Assembly (NCBI GenBank): GCA_965197385.1
Contig: CBDANA010000007.1
Location: forward strand, 68,054-132,053
Source: Vicinamibacterales bacterium
GTDB taxonomy: Bacteria; Acidobacteriota; Vicinamibacteria; Vicinamibacterales; UBA823
Direction: 5' to 3'
DNA length: 64,000 nucleotides
Notes under the pieces: model-generated
Told to the model about the DNA's origin: nothing
What the model saw: the letters and a program-made list of their open reading frames with translations, nothing else
The model's database searches: none
Position numbers and translations under genes: made by a program
Shown: piece after piece, positions 44,971-53,489 of the stretch
How the letters are laid out: the number at the start of each line of letters is the position of its first letter
Position numbering within the stretch: position 1 is the first letter of the stretch

Positions 44971-46998
44971 TCACGGCTGGAGGTTGCCAGAGTAGTCGAG
45001 CATCTGCGTCATGAGGTCCTGCGGATAGGAAATGGTCACGTCCGTGATCGTGCCGTCGGCGGCCCGCACCGCGTCGAGCGTCGGCTGGACGAAGCCAGAG
45101 TACGAGGGTAGGTTCAGCACGTCCACACGCTCGACCACCTGGTCGCGCAGCACCGGATCGAAGTGAATACCGTACGACTCGAACAACTGCTTCGCAGCGT
45201 CGTAGTCTCCTTCCGACTTGATCCGCTGCACGTCCGCGAGCAGCCGGCCAACGCCCTCCCTGAACGCTGCGACGTCGGTCATGACGTAGAAGGTCTTGCC
45301 GTCGCGATTGCGCTCCTCGATCGCGCTGGTGTTGTCCATCAGCCAGTGCACGATCATCTGACGGTTGCGCATGTGGTCTTCTTCGAGCTGCGAACCCTCG
45401 CGGACCCGGCGCAGCTGGACGAGGGCGTTGCGGGCGTAGCCCTCGTACTCGGCCAGCACGATGTCCGCGTGGCTCTCGGCTGGCACGACTCCAAGCTCGA
45501 CGAGCTTGGGGTCCGGCAGGAAGTACAGCGCCACCAGATCGGCGCGACCCTCCTCGAGCGCCGAGTACTGCTCCTGCAGTGCCGCCTGCGGGTTGCCGCC
45601 CAGATGGTCGGCCAGTTGGCCCGACGCATGTCCGATCACCTCGTGCATATTGGTCGTGAGCTCCCCGGCGAGGGTGCTCCAGCGCTCGGCCCGGGCGACC
45701 TCCTCCGGGGTCCACGCGAACTCGGTGCGGAAGCCGGACGGCGTCGAGCGGTCGTAGGCCTCCACGACGTTCGACAACGAGATCGACTTGCTCCCGTGCT
45801 GCTCGCGAACACTCTGGTCGTTGGGAAGGTTGATGCCGACCGGCGACACCGGCCCGGACTCACCCGTCTCGATCACCACGTCGATCGCGTTGGCCGTGAT
45901 CCCGCGCACGCCGTCTTTGCGGTACTTCGGATCCCATGGCATCCGGTCCTCGAACCACTGCGCGCTGGCGGCCAGCGACTGGATCCCCTCGGTCTTCACC
46001 GGGTTCACGTAGTAGACGAGCGCCTCCCACGCTCCCTTCGCGCCGCGCGCGTCCATATAGACCTCGATGAAACCGTTGATTGTGTCCACGGGCGACGCGG
46101 TGTCCTGCACCCAGGCGATGTCGTAGGCCTCCCGGTCGGCATCCTCGCCCGTCCGGTAGAAGCGAGCCAATGCCTCCAGCGCCTTGGCCATCGGCTCGGT
46201 GGCGTAGGGAATCGCGGCTTCCAGGTGGCTCACGATCTCCGCAATCGGCTCGCCGTACTTGCCATCGATCGAGTACACCTCCTCAACGAGCCGGCCGTCG
46301 CGCTTCACCAGGCGCGAGTTGAGCGCGTACTGCTCCGTAAAGCCCTCGAGATCGGCCATCGTCACGTCGACATAGAGGTTGTTGGCGCTCGCGGCGAGCA
46401 TGTCCTCATCCGGGCCTGGCGTCTTGGTCGTCACGCTCGGGTCCACCGACGCGTCGAAGAACAGCGGCTCCATCCGCGCGAGCATCGCGTCGAGCGTCTC
46501 GTCGCCGCGTGTCGGAAACACGGCGCCCGCATCGGCTGCCTGCCTCGCCGCGGCGGCGAACGCCTCCGGCGGGCCGGTCAGCACGAATTTGCGCGCCGTC
46601 AAGTTGTTATAGGGACCGGTATTGATCCAGAACAGCTTGGTGTAGCGTTCAATCTCGCGTCGTGTCGCGGCCTCCACACCATCGGCATGCGTGAGGATCT
46701 GCTCGAGCACCTCGCGCATCTCAAGATTGTGCGCGTAGCGCTGATCGTAGAAGATGTCCCGCCCGGCCAACGCGGCGCGATACAAATGATACACGAGGGT
46801 CTTCTGGTCCAACGGCAGCGCCTCGAAGCCGTCGGCGTACAGCTGCACGACCGCTGCTTCGCCCACCCGCTCGAGCAGGTACTTCCGCTCGGTGGCCGTC
46901 TCCGTCCCGGCAACCGCTGGGCCATCGTCCGCCGGCTCGCCCCCACCCGGTCCGCATGCCACCGCCCCGCCCACCGCCAATCCGAGCATAGTCATCAT
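44971..46998 (-). CDS. M49 (dipeptidyl-peptidase III) family metallopeptidase lipoprotein
   Basis: HEVIGH zinc motif plus a second EEGRAD motif. The start is set at MMTMLGLAVGGAVAC (lipobox) and is preceded by GAGGAG. Confidence 0.85.
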   Translation of the reverse strand: MMTMLGLAVGGAVACGPGGGEPADDGPAVAGTETATERKYLLERVGEAAVVQLYADGFEALPLDQKTLVYHLYRAALAGRDIFYDQRYAHNLEMREVLEQILTHADGVEAATRREIERYTKLFWINTGPYNNLTARKFVLTGPPEAFAAAARQAADAGAVFPTRGDETLDAMLARMEPLFFDASVDPSVTTKTPGPDEDMLAASANNLYVDVTMADLEGFTEQYALNSRLVKRDGRLVEEVYSIDGKYGEPIAEIVSHLEAAIPYATEPMAKALEALARFYRTGEDADREAYDIAWVQDTASPVDTINGFIEVYMDARGAKGAWEALVYYVNPVKTEGIQSLAASAQWFEDRMPWDPKYRKDGVRGITANAIDVVIETGESGPVSPVGINLPNDQSVREQHGSKSISLSNVVEAYDRSTPSGFRTEFAWTPEEVARAERWSTLAGELTTNMHEVIGHASGQLADHLGGNPQAALQEQYSALEEGRADLVALYFLPDPKLVELGVVPAESHADIVLAEYEGYARNALVQLRRVREGSQLEEDHMRNRQMIVHWLMDNTSAIEERNRDGKTFYVMTDVAAFREGVGRLLADVQRIKSEGDYDAAKQLFESYGIHFDPVLRDQVVERVDVLNLPSYSGFVQPTLDAVRAADGTITDVTISYPQDLMTQMLDYSGNLQP

Positions 46999-47029
46999 CG
47001 CTCCTCGCGTGAACGTCGCCTGCCGCCCT

Positions 47030-47309
47030 CTAGGCGCCCGTCCGAGTATTCGCGTAGACCGCGTTGTGAGCGCCGTGGGGCCAAATGCGAGGCGCGCCGA
47101 CGAGGCGATGCCCCGGCGCATCGTCGAGGAGGCGCAACGCAGCAGATGGCCCAACGCCGCCGCAACCCGAAGGGCACGTGGGGGTTGCGGCCGCATCCAG
47201 CGTCGCCCGTCGTCGCCGATGCACACCGGCATCGACTCGCCGCGCTTCTTGTCTGCAGCTCGCAAGACCCACGCGCACGGCCCACGCGAATACTCGGACG
47301 GGCACCTAG
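47030..47309. mobile_element. MITE-like / paired-REP element, 280 bp, with 26-nt terminal inverted repeats
   Basis: CTAGGCGCCCGTCCGAGTATTCGCGT at the left end, and the reverse complement of ACGCGAATACTCGGACGGGCACCTAG at the right end (1 mismatch). The left 51 nt recur at 3899..3949. TA or CTAG is present at both outer edges. Confidence 0.5.
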
Positions 47310-47327
47310 TATTCGGATCCATGGCTC

Positions 47328-48182
47328 TCATCGCGGCATGCTCACCGATTCCTCGGTCTGCACGTCAAACTGCCTGAAGTTCAAATAGGTGGCCCTCGCC
47401 TCGATCGTGTCGGCCGCCTGGTCCCGGGGCTGCTCGTAGAGTTCGTGCATGAACTCGGGCACCCACAAATTCAGCGAAGCATCCTCCTGATAGTCGACGG
47501 AGATCGTCGTGCGCACATCGCTGTGACGGGAGCCGAGAATCAGCTCACTCCGCAGTGTCTCGCCGCTTTCGACATCCAGCCAGAACCTGCCGCGTGAGAA
47601 CACGTCAACACCTGCCATCTGCACGAATGTCGGCCGCGCTTGCTCGCTGTACTCGATCACCCAGGTCGGGCGGCCGTGCAGCACTTCCTCGCCGACATGC
47701 TCGAAGAAGAACCGGTGCTGGTTCAACGTGTGGAGAAACGCGAGGGCCACGGTCGGCAGATTGACGGTGCGCACCACGCGGCCGATGTTGTAGCGGGCGC
47801 TCTCCCTGGCGATCGTAATGGCCTGCTCGAACGCGGGCCGCGTCTCGGCGAGAAACAACTCCTGCAGCCGTGCGTCGCGGTCACGTACCGGTTCGCCGTC
47901 CACCTCGAAGACGTCGCGGAAGCCAAGCCAGGCCGTGGCACCCGGCAGCTGCACCAGCAGCATGTCGGAGCGAAGACGCCGCTCGACCTTCGCTTCCCCT
48001 CCGGGCGACACGATCCGTTGGACGTACTGCTCCTCGACGACGGCATTCGAGAGCACCTGCTCGTACGCCACGACCGACTCGTTGGCCCGGAACAGCAGCT
48101 CGCCGAGCGTTAAGGTCGGCGTCTGCGCCATCGCCGTGGCCACCGCCCACGCAACGGCGAAGCCCGTCAGCAAAGCTTTCAT
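47328..48182 (-). CDS. secreted hypothetical protein (distant paralog of 41810..42730)
   Basis: Signal peptide MKALLTGFAVAWAVATAMAQ. Motifs FEVDGEPVRDRD, HGRPTWVIEY, GRFWLDVESG and LWVPEF parallel the other copy. Confidence 0.65.
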   Translation of the reverse strand: MKALLTGFAVAWAVATAMAQTPTLTLGELLFRANESVVAYEQVLSNAVVEEQYVQRIVSPGGEAKVERRLRSDMLLVQLPGATAWLGFRDVFEVDGEPVRDRDARLQELFLAETRPAFEQAITIARESARYNIGRVVRTVNLPTVALAFLHTLNQHRFFFEHVGEEVLHGRPTWVIEYSEQARPTFVQMAGVDVFSRGRFWLDVESGETLRSELILGSRHSDVRTTISVDYQEDASLNLWVPEFMHELYEQPRDQAADTIEARATYLNFRQFDVQTEESVSMPR

Positions 48183-48205
48183 ATCCGCAGGAAAAATGTA
48201 TCAGA

Positions 48206-49150
48206 TCAGGCGAACAGATTCACCTGCCCGCCAGTGTGCCAGAAAAGGACCGTCGCGTCGTCCCGAAACCGACCCGCGCGCAGATAGGCGATGAGCGCCG
48301 CCATCGCCTTGGCGGTGTAGGTCGGATCCAACAGCACCGCGTCCCGCCGCGCCAGCAGGTCGATCGCCTCTCGAGAGGCCGGGGTCGAAATGCCGTAGCC
48401 CTCACCAACGAACCGGTCGTCCACCTCGATCGGAGGACCGGCCGACAGTGACCCGGGCGCCATTCGCAGGATCGTCTCGACGCCGCCGATCAGCGTCTCC
48501 ACCGTGCGGTGCAGCTGGTCGGTTGGATCGTCCGGACTGACGCCGATGACTCGCGTGCGCAGGGCATACAGCCGACAGCCCGCGACGAGACCGGCCTGGG
48601 TCCCGCCCGACGAGCTGGCATGGACGATGACGTCCGGCGCCGACATCTGGTCAATCAGCTCGGCGACTGCGCGTACGTAGCCCAGCGCGCCGAGTGGCGT
48701 GGAGGCGCCGACCGGAATCACGTAAGGACGCCGGCCTTCGGCCATCAGGCGCGCCGCGGCCGCCGCCATCGCGGGGGAGCGGTCCTCGCGCGAAAGGACG
48801 TATTCGACCTCGGCGCCGAACAAACCGTCGAGCAGCCCATTTGCCGTCGGTTTCTCCGGCGGAGTACCGTTGGCCACCAGCACACACCGCAGCCCGTGAC
48901 GCGCGGCAACGGCGGCCGTCACACGCGCGTGATTCGACTGGATGCCGCCGGCGGTGACGAGCGTATCGGCCCCTTCGGCGAGCGCCCGGGCGCCCACGAG
49001 CTCCAGCTTGCGGACCTTGTTGCCACCGAATCCGAAGGCGATCGCATCGTCTCGCTTGATGAGCAGACGCGGCCCGCCGGCCACGGCCGCACGCAGGCCG
49101 GGCAGCGTCTCGACCGGCGTCGGGTAATGGCCCAGCGACAGTGCCGGCAC
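48206..49150 (-). CDS. D-cysteine desulfhydrase / ACC deaminase family PLP enzyme
   Basis: YPTPVETL...LLIKRDD...GGNKVRKLE (PLP Lys)...GGIQSNHARVTA. The start is set at the GTG giving MPALSLGHYPTPV. A GTG at 49210 is an alternative. Confidence 0.85.
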   Translation of the reverse strand: MPALSLGHYPTPVETLPGLRAAVAGGPRLLIKRDDAIAFGFGGNKVRKLELVGARALAEGADTLVTAGGIQSNHARVTAAVAARHGLRCVLVANGTPPEKPTANGLLDGLFGAEVEYVLSREDRSPAMAAAAARLMAEGRRPYVIPVGASTPLGALGYVRAVAELIDQMSAPDVIVHASSSGGTQAGLVAGCRLYALRTRVIGVSPDDPTDQLHRTVETLIGGVETILRMAPGSLSAGPPIEVDDRFVGEGYGISTPASREAIDLLARRDAVLLDPTYTAKAMAALIAYLRAGRFRDDATVLFWHTGGQVNLFA

Positions 49151-49178
49151 CTCGCGGAGCGCCGGAATCGATCGGTGC

Positions 49179-49796
49179 TCATCGGGTGGGCAGCGGCCGG
49201 CCCCAGACACCGGCGTGCGCGAACTCGGCCACGGTCCGGCGCGTGCGTGGCGCCGTCTCCATCTCCCGCACGCTGCCGTCGAGCAGATCGGCCGGTCCGG
49301 CATACCCCACCGCCACAGCCGCGACCGCCTCATAGCCGTCAGGAATTCCCAGCGCGTCCTTCGCGCCGGCGACGTCGAAGCCGCCCATCTGATGGACCGC
49401 GAGGCCCAGCGCGGTCGCCTGCACCAACAAATTCCCCATCGCCAGTCCCACGTCGTGGAAGCCATGGCGATTCGGCTTCTGGTTTCGATCGAACGTCAGT
49501 TTCGCCGCGGTGATCATTAGGACGGCGGCCCGGCGCGCCCAGGTGCGATTGGCGTCGACCAGACACCCGAGCAGCCGGTCGAACGCCTCGGTGTCCTCGC
49601 GGTGCGCGACGACGAATGCCCAGGGCTGCTCGTTGAAGCAGGAGGGGGCCCACCGTGCGGCCTCAAGCAGGCTCGCCATGACCTCCGGCGAGATCGCACG
49701 CTCGGAGAACGCGCGCGGGCTCCAACGGCGCCGCAGCAGCTCGTGGATGTCGTGATCCGGCTGCGCCAATTTCGTGTTCACGCCGTCGGCCATCAT
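49179..49796 (-). CDS. nitroreductase family protein
   Basis: LLRRRWSPRAFSERAISPEVMASLLEAARWAPSCFNEQPW is typical of nitroreductases. The start MMADGVN is preceded by GGGGAGG. Confidence 0.85.
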   Translation of the reverse strand: MMADGVNTKLAQPDHDIHELLRRRWSPRAFSERAISPEVMASLLEAARWAPSCFNEQPWAFVVAHREDTEAFDRLLGCLVDANRTWARRAAVLMITAAKLTFDRNQKPNRHGFHDVGLAMGNLLVQATALGLAVHQMGGFDVAGAKDALGIPDGYEAVAAVAVGYAGPADLLDGSVREMETAPRTRRTVAEFAHAGVWGRPLPTR

Positions 49797-49843
49797 TGTG
49801 TTCCTCCCCGCCAACGACTCACCGCCCCGGCACGGCCCGCCCC

Positions 49844-49930
49844 AAGGACCCGGGTGGGAATACGTGTGCCACTCTGGTCGCCGATGCATCCCGCCCAGAG
49901 GTGATCATACGTATTCCCACCCGGGTCCTT
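49844..49930. repeat. 87-nt hairpin-forming element with 22-bp perfect inverted repeat in a divergent promoter region
   Basis: AAGGACCCGGGTGGGAATACGT (49844..49865) has its exact reverse complement at 49909..49930. Inner pairing continues (CAC-TCTGG / CCAGA-G-GTG). The apical loop contains the palindrome GATGCATC. Confidence 0.8.
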
Positions 49931-49969
49931 AGCGTTGCGAAGACGGTGCTGCTATGCCACGCTGTGCCG

Positions 49970-51154
49970 ATGGGCCGCTACCTCGACTCCATTCCATTCT
50001 CCGGCATTATGCGCATTCGCGACATGATGTTCGGGATCGACAACCCGTACCGTCTCGACCAGGGGGACGTCGGCTTCAACGCGCCAAACGCCGTCAAGGA
50101 GGCGATGCGTCGGGCTATCACCGAGAACAAGACACACTACGTGCAGACGGTCGGCATTCCTCGGCTGCGCGAGCTCATCATCGACAAGCTGAGCCGCCGG
50201 AACGAGATCCCAGTGGAGTCGATCGACGACGTCATGGTCACCAACGGCGGCATCCACGGCCTCTACGTCGTGTTCCACGGACTGCTCGAGCCGGGCGATG
50301 AGGTACTGTGCGCTGACCCGATGTGGCCGTCCTCACGGGGGACGATTTTGTCGGCGCACGGCGTCCCGGTGGACTGCCCGCTGTATGAATCGCGCAGCTG
50401 GCGCCCCGACCTAGACGAGCTGGAATCGAAGATCACAACCCAGACGCGGGCCATCCTGCTAAATTCGCCGCAAAACCCGACCGGCGGCGTTCTCACCCGG
50501 GCCGACCTCGAACGGATTGCCGCGATCGCCCTCCAATGCGATCTCTGGGTCGTCTCGGACGAGGCCTACGAAGACGTCGTCTTCGACGGCGAGCGCCACG
50601 TGAGCATCGCGTCGCTTCCCGGCATGTACGACCGGACGATTCCAGTCTATACGTTTAGCAAGTCCTACGCGATGACCGGCCTGCGCCTCGGCTACCTCGC
50701 CATCAAGGATCCGGCGGTCCGCGACCGCGTCAAGAAAGTGCTCTACTACACGTCGAGCAACATCGGCACGGTCGTCCAGTGGGGTGGCGTCGGCGGCCTC
50801 GAAGGCGCCCAGGACCAGGTGGAAGCCTACCGCGTCGAGCTGCAGGCCCGCCGGGATCTCTTCTACCGCGGGCTGGACGACGTCGGCTCCGACGTGCTGA
50901 TGGGCCAGCCGCCGTCTGGCGCGTTCTATGCGTTCCTGAAGATCAATCCAAAGTGGCGGCCGGCCGGCACGACCGGCACCCCGGAATCGCTCTCGTGGGC
51001 GCTCGTCGAGTACCTGATCACACACGGCCGCATCGGGTGCGTGCCCGGCGTCGAATTCGGCTTGCACGGCGAAGGTTACGTCAGGCTGTGCTTCGCGAAG
51101 ACGCGTCCGGAACTGACCGGGGCGCTGGAGTCGCTGCGGACCCTGCTCGGCTAG
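49970..51154 (+). CDS. class I/II pyridoxal-phosphate aminotransferase (aspartate/aromatic/kynurenine aminotransferase-like)
   Basis: NSPQNPTGGV, VSDEAYEDVVFDG and YTFSKSYAMTGLRLGY (PLP Lys). The start is set at MGRYLDSIPFSGIM. Confidence 0.9.
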   Translation: MGRYLDSIPFSGIMRIRDMMFGIDNPYRLDQGDVGFNAPNAVKEAMRRAITENKTHYVQTVGIPRLRELIIDKLSRRNEIPVESIDDVMVTNGGIHGLYVVFHGLLEPGDEVLCADPMWPSSRGTILSAHGVPVDCPLYESRSWRPDLDELESKITTQTRAILLNSPQNPTGGVLTRADLERIAAIALQCDLWVVSDEAYEDVVFDGERHVSIASLPGMYDRTIPVYTFSKSYAMTGLRLGYLAIKDPAVRDRVKKVLYYTSSNIGTVVQWGGVGGLEGAQDQVEAYRVELQARRDLFYRGLDDVGSDVLMGQPPSGAFYAFLKINPKWRPAGTTGTPESLSWALVEYLITHGRIGCVPGVEFGLHGEGYVRLCFAKTRPELTGALESLRTLLG

Positions 51155-51175
51155 ACACTAAGCGAGCTAACCACG

Positions 51176-51916
51176 TCAGCGCAGGTGGCGGCCGCCATCC
51201 ACCCGTACGGTCTCGCCGGTCACGAAATCCGATTCGACCAGCGCCAGGACCGCCTTGACGATCTCCTCGTCACCTCCCCACCGGCCGAGCGGCGTCGCCC
51301 GTGCCACACTGTCACGCGACGCGTCGTCGAGGTCGTCCGGCGCCCGGACCGGCCCCGGCGCCACGGCGTTTACCAGGATGTGATCGGCCGCCAGCTCGAA
51401 CGCGAGCGACTCTGCCAGCGCTACCGCGCCCGCTTTCGCGACGTAATACGGCACGTAGCCGGTGTAGGTCGGCCGGCCGCTTCGCGCCGTCCAATCCGAG
51501 AAGAACACGATCCGGCCGCCGCCCACGGCGCGCATGTGCGGCGCGGCAGCCCGCGCGCACACGAACGCCGCGCGCAGATCGATCGCCAGGGCGCGGTCCC
51601 AGTCGTCCACCGTCAACTCGCTGAACGGCTTCTTCACGTACAGCGACGCCATGTGCACAAGGATGTCGAGCCGGCCAAATGCCGAGGCCGCCTGCCGAAC
51701 GAGCTCGTCGCAGGACGACGCCTCGGCGAAATCCGCCCGCACGGCGACTGCCCGTCGCCCGTGGCCGCGCACCGCCGCTGCCGTCAGCTCGGCCTCCTCC
51801 CGCGAACGATTGAACGACAGCGCGACGTCTGCGCCGCGCGCCGCGAGCGCCTCGGCCACCGTCGCACCGATCCGTTTGCCGCCGGTCACGAGCGCAGCGC
51901 GGTCCTTCAACTGCAT
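51176..51916 (-). CDS. SDR-family oxidoreductase
   Basis: ALVTGGKRIGATVAEALAARGADV and YxxxK (YYVAKAG). The start is set at MQLKDRAALVTGG. Confidence 0.9.
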   Translation of the reverse strand: MQLKDRAALVTGGKRIGATVAEALAARGADVALSFNRSREEAELTAAAVRGHGRRAVAVRADFAEASSCDELVRQAASAFGRLDILVHMASLYVKKPFSELTVDDWDRALAIDLRAAFVCARAAAPHMRAVGGGRIVFFSDWTARSGRPTYTGYVPYYVAKAGAVALAESLAFELAADHILVNAVAPGPVRAPDDLDDASRDSVARATPLGRWGGDEEIVKAVLALVESDFVTGETVRVDGGRHLR

Positions 51917-51950
51917 GGAGTGTTGGCGGGGTAGCCAGGTGGGTGGAATG

Positions 51951-52421
51951 CTAGACCTTGCTCCGGCGGAGTCGCGCTCGAGCGGCCGCGGCCGCCTCGG
52001 CCACGTGCGCTCGATATCCGTCGATCGACAGCGCGCCGGGGCCCGCAAAAATCAGGCAGCACAGCGCAGCCATCAGCACAAGCGCATACTCGTAGCCGTG
52101 CTGCACGTCGGGCTCAAGCGCCAGGCTGAGAAAGAAGCCATTCGACCAGTGCACCTTCCAGATGGCCACCCCCTTGTCGATGACCAGCGGGATCGCGACG
52201 AGACGCGTAAACACGCCCAGGAACAGCGCGACGCCGCCCAGCAGCTCGACGACGCCGACGGCGAGCACTAAGATGAGCGCCGGCTGCAACCCGACGGCTT
52301 CGAACATGGCGGCAGTCCGGGCGGGGCTGGCGCCCCAGATCGGCAAGAGTTTTGGGAGCCCGTGCGCAACGAACACCAGGCCGACGACTAGCCGCAGCAC
52401 CGTGATGCCCCACGCCTGCAT
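51951..52421 (-). CDS. DoxX family membrane protein
   Basis: 156 aa with 4 TM helices. LRLVVGLVFVAHGLPKL...ELLGGVALFLGVFTR is the DoxX pattern. Confidence 0.85.
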   Translation of the reverse strand: MQAWGITVLRLVVGLVFVAHGLPKLLPIWGASPARTAAMFEAVGLQPALILVLAVGVVELLGGVALFLGVFTRLVAIPLVIDKGVAIWKVHWSNGFFLSLALEPDVQHGYEYALVLMAALCCLIFAGPGALSIDGYRAHVAEAAAAARARLRRSKV

Positions 52422-52636
52422 TGCGCGCTCTCCTCCGCTCGCTCGGCGTCGTCGCGCGTGGTGTCAGACTACTCGAGCAGCATACGCGGCTCACCCAGCA
52501 CACGCGCGACGAACGTGCCAATTGTGCCACCGATTGGACTATACTTCGCGGAGATTTTCACCCCTCGTCGAGCGATTCCACCCGCGCGGCACTGGGGTTG
52601 AGAAGGGGCTCACCACTCAGCGATTCTTATTCATCA

Positions 52637-53341
52637 ATGGGCGACGGCGAACCGATCCTTCCAGGCCGCGGCGAAAGCGACTACGAGCGCTATCCGCGCA
52701 CCGACGAGCTGCTCGCGCTACAGAAGTGGCCGGCGGAGATGACCTCGCGCGACGAACTGCTCTTCCAGACAGTGCACCAGGCCGCCGAGCTGTGGAGGAA
52801 GCTCGCCTGCTTCGAGCTGGAGGAAGCGACCGTCCTCGTCGAGCGCCAGGATCTCGCGCCGGCGCTCAGGCTGCTTCGCCGCGCCGTCACCTGCCTCGTC
52901 TACATCACGAATCAACTGCACATTCTCGAACACATGTCGCCCTGGGAGTACCACGACGTGCGGAAGGCACTCGGCCACGGCAGCGGGTTCGACTCGCCGG
53001 GTTTCACCCGGCTCGGGCAGAGCTCGCCGAAGCTCGGTGTGGCCTTCCAACGAACGCTGGAAGCGCGCGGCCTCGATCTCGTGACGTTCTACCATCGCGG
53101 CCGGGAGTTCGAGGAGCTCTATCAATTGGCCGAGCTGCTCGTGGACTGGGACGAGCAGGTCATCCTTTTCCTGCGGCACCACCTGAAGGTGCTCGAACGG
53201 ATCATCGGCGGCCACGTCGTCGGCACGCAGGGTACGCCGGTCGAGGTGCTCGCCGAGCGCGTCGATCACCAGTTCTTTCCGGAGCTCTGGAAGGTGCGGA
53301 ACGAGCTGACGGCCCAAGCGGACGAGCGAGAAGGGCTCTAG
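52637..53341 (+). CDS. tryptophan 2,3-dioxygenase family protein (short form)
   Basis: DYERY..TDELLALQK, HQAAELW and GHGSGFDSPGF (compare GSGFQS) are TDO-like motifs. The start is set at MGDGEPIL. Confidence 0.75.
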   Translation: MGDGEPILPGRGESDYERYPRTDELLALQKWPAEMTSRDELLFQTVHQAAELWRKLACFELEEATVLVERQDLAPALRLLRRAVTCLVYITNQLHILEHMSPWEYHDVRKALGHGSGFDSPGFTRLGQSSPKLGVAFQRTLEARGLDLVTFYHRGREFEELYQLAELLVDWDEQVILFLRHHLKVLERIIGGHVVGTQGTPVEVLAERVDHQFFPELWKVRNELTAQADEREGL

Positions 53342-53354
53342 GCTCTGGGCTAGC
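53334..53354. repeat. heptamer block GGCTCTA GGCTCTG GGCTAGC spanning a TAG stop codon
   Basis: Same unit and same stop-codon register (cTAG|GCTCTGGGCT) as at the ALDH stop at 10829..10831. Confidence 0.6.
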
Positions 53355-53440
53355 TTGCGGGGTGGGCGCCTCGGCGGTCTCGGTGCCACGCTGGGTTTTC
53401 ACCACGGGCTGCTTTGCGCCGCCGGCTCCAGTTGCTGTTA

Positions 53441-53468
53441 GAGAAGCGAGAGCCAAGAGCCGAGAGAC
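53441..53468. repeat. inverted heptamer block GAGAAGC GAGAGCC AAGAGCC GAGAGAC
   Basis: Same family and orientation as 11178..11198. It lies 21 nt before the stop of the convergent thioesterase gene. Confidence 0.6.
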
Positions 53469-53489
53469 AGCGCACGCCGACCGCGCGCG

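Noticed and set aside
42779-45715. 978-aa version of the HEAT/cyclophilin ORF, and the 786-aa version of the M49 peptidase ORF (44971..47331)
   Set aside because: The N-terminal extensions overlap the upstream gene or the MITE-like repeat and are low-complexity. Internal ATGs followed by a TM helix (44944) or a lipobox signal peptide (46998) are much better starts.
45163-47388. 741-aa plus-strand ORF, and similar long antisense ORFs (37010..38668, 31274..32581, 40416..41777, 29209..30354, 13530..14777)
   Set aside because: These are typical high-GC antisense shadow ORFs. They are Arg/Pro/Gly/Ala-rich low-complexity translations lying opposite genes with clear family signatures.
48206-49465. 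419-aa version of the D-cysteine desulfhydrase-family ORF
   Set aside because: The first ~100 codons overlap the nitroreductase gene out of frame. Family homology begins at ...LSLGHYPTPV, so a GTG at 49150 (or 49210) is the likely start.
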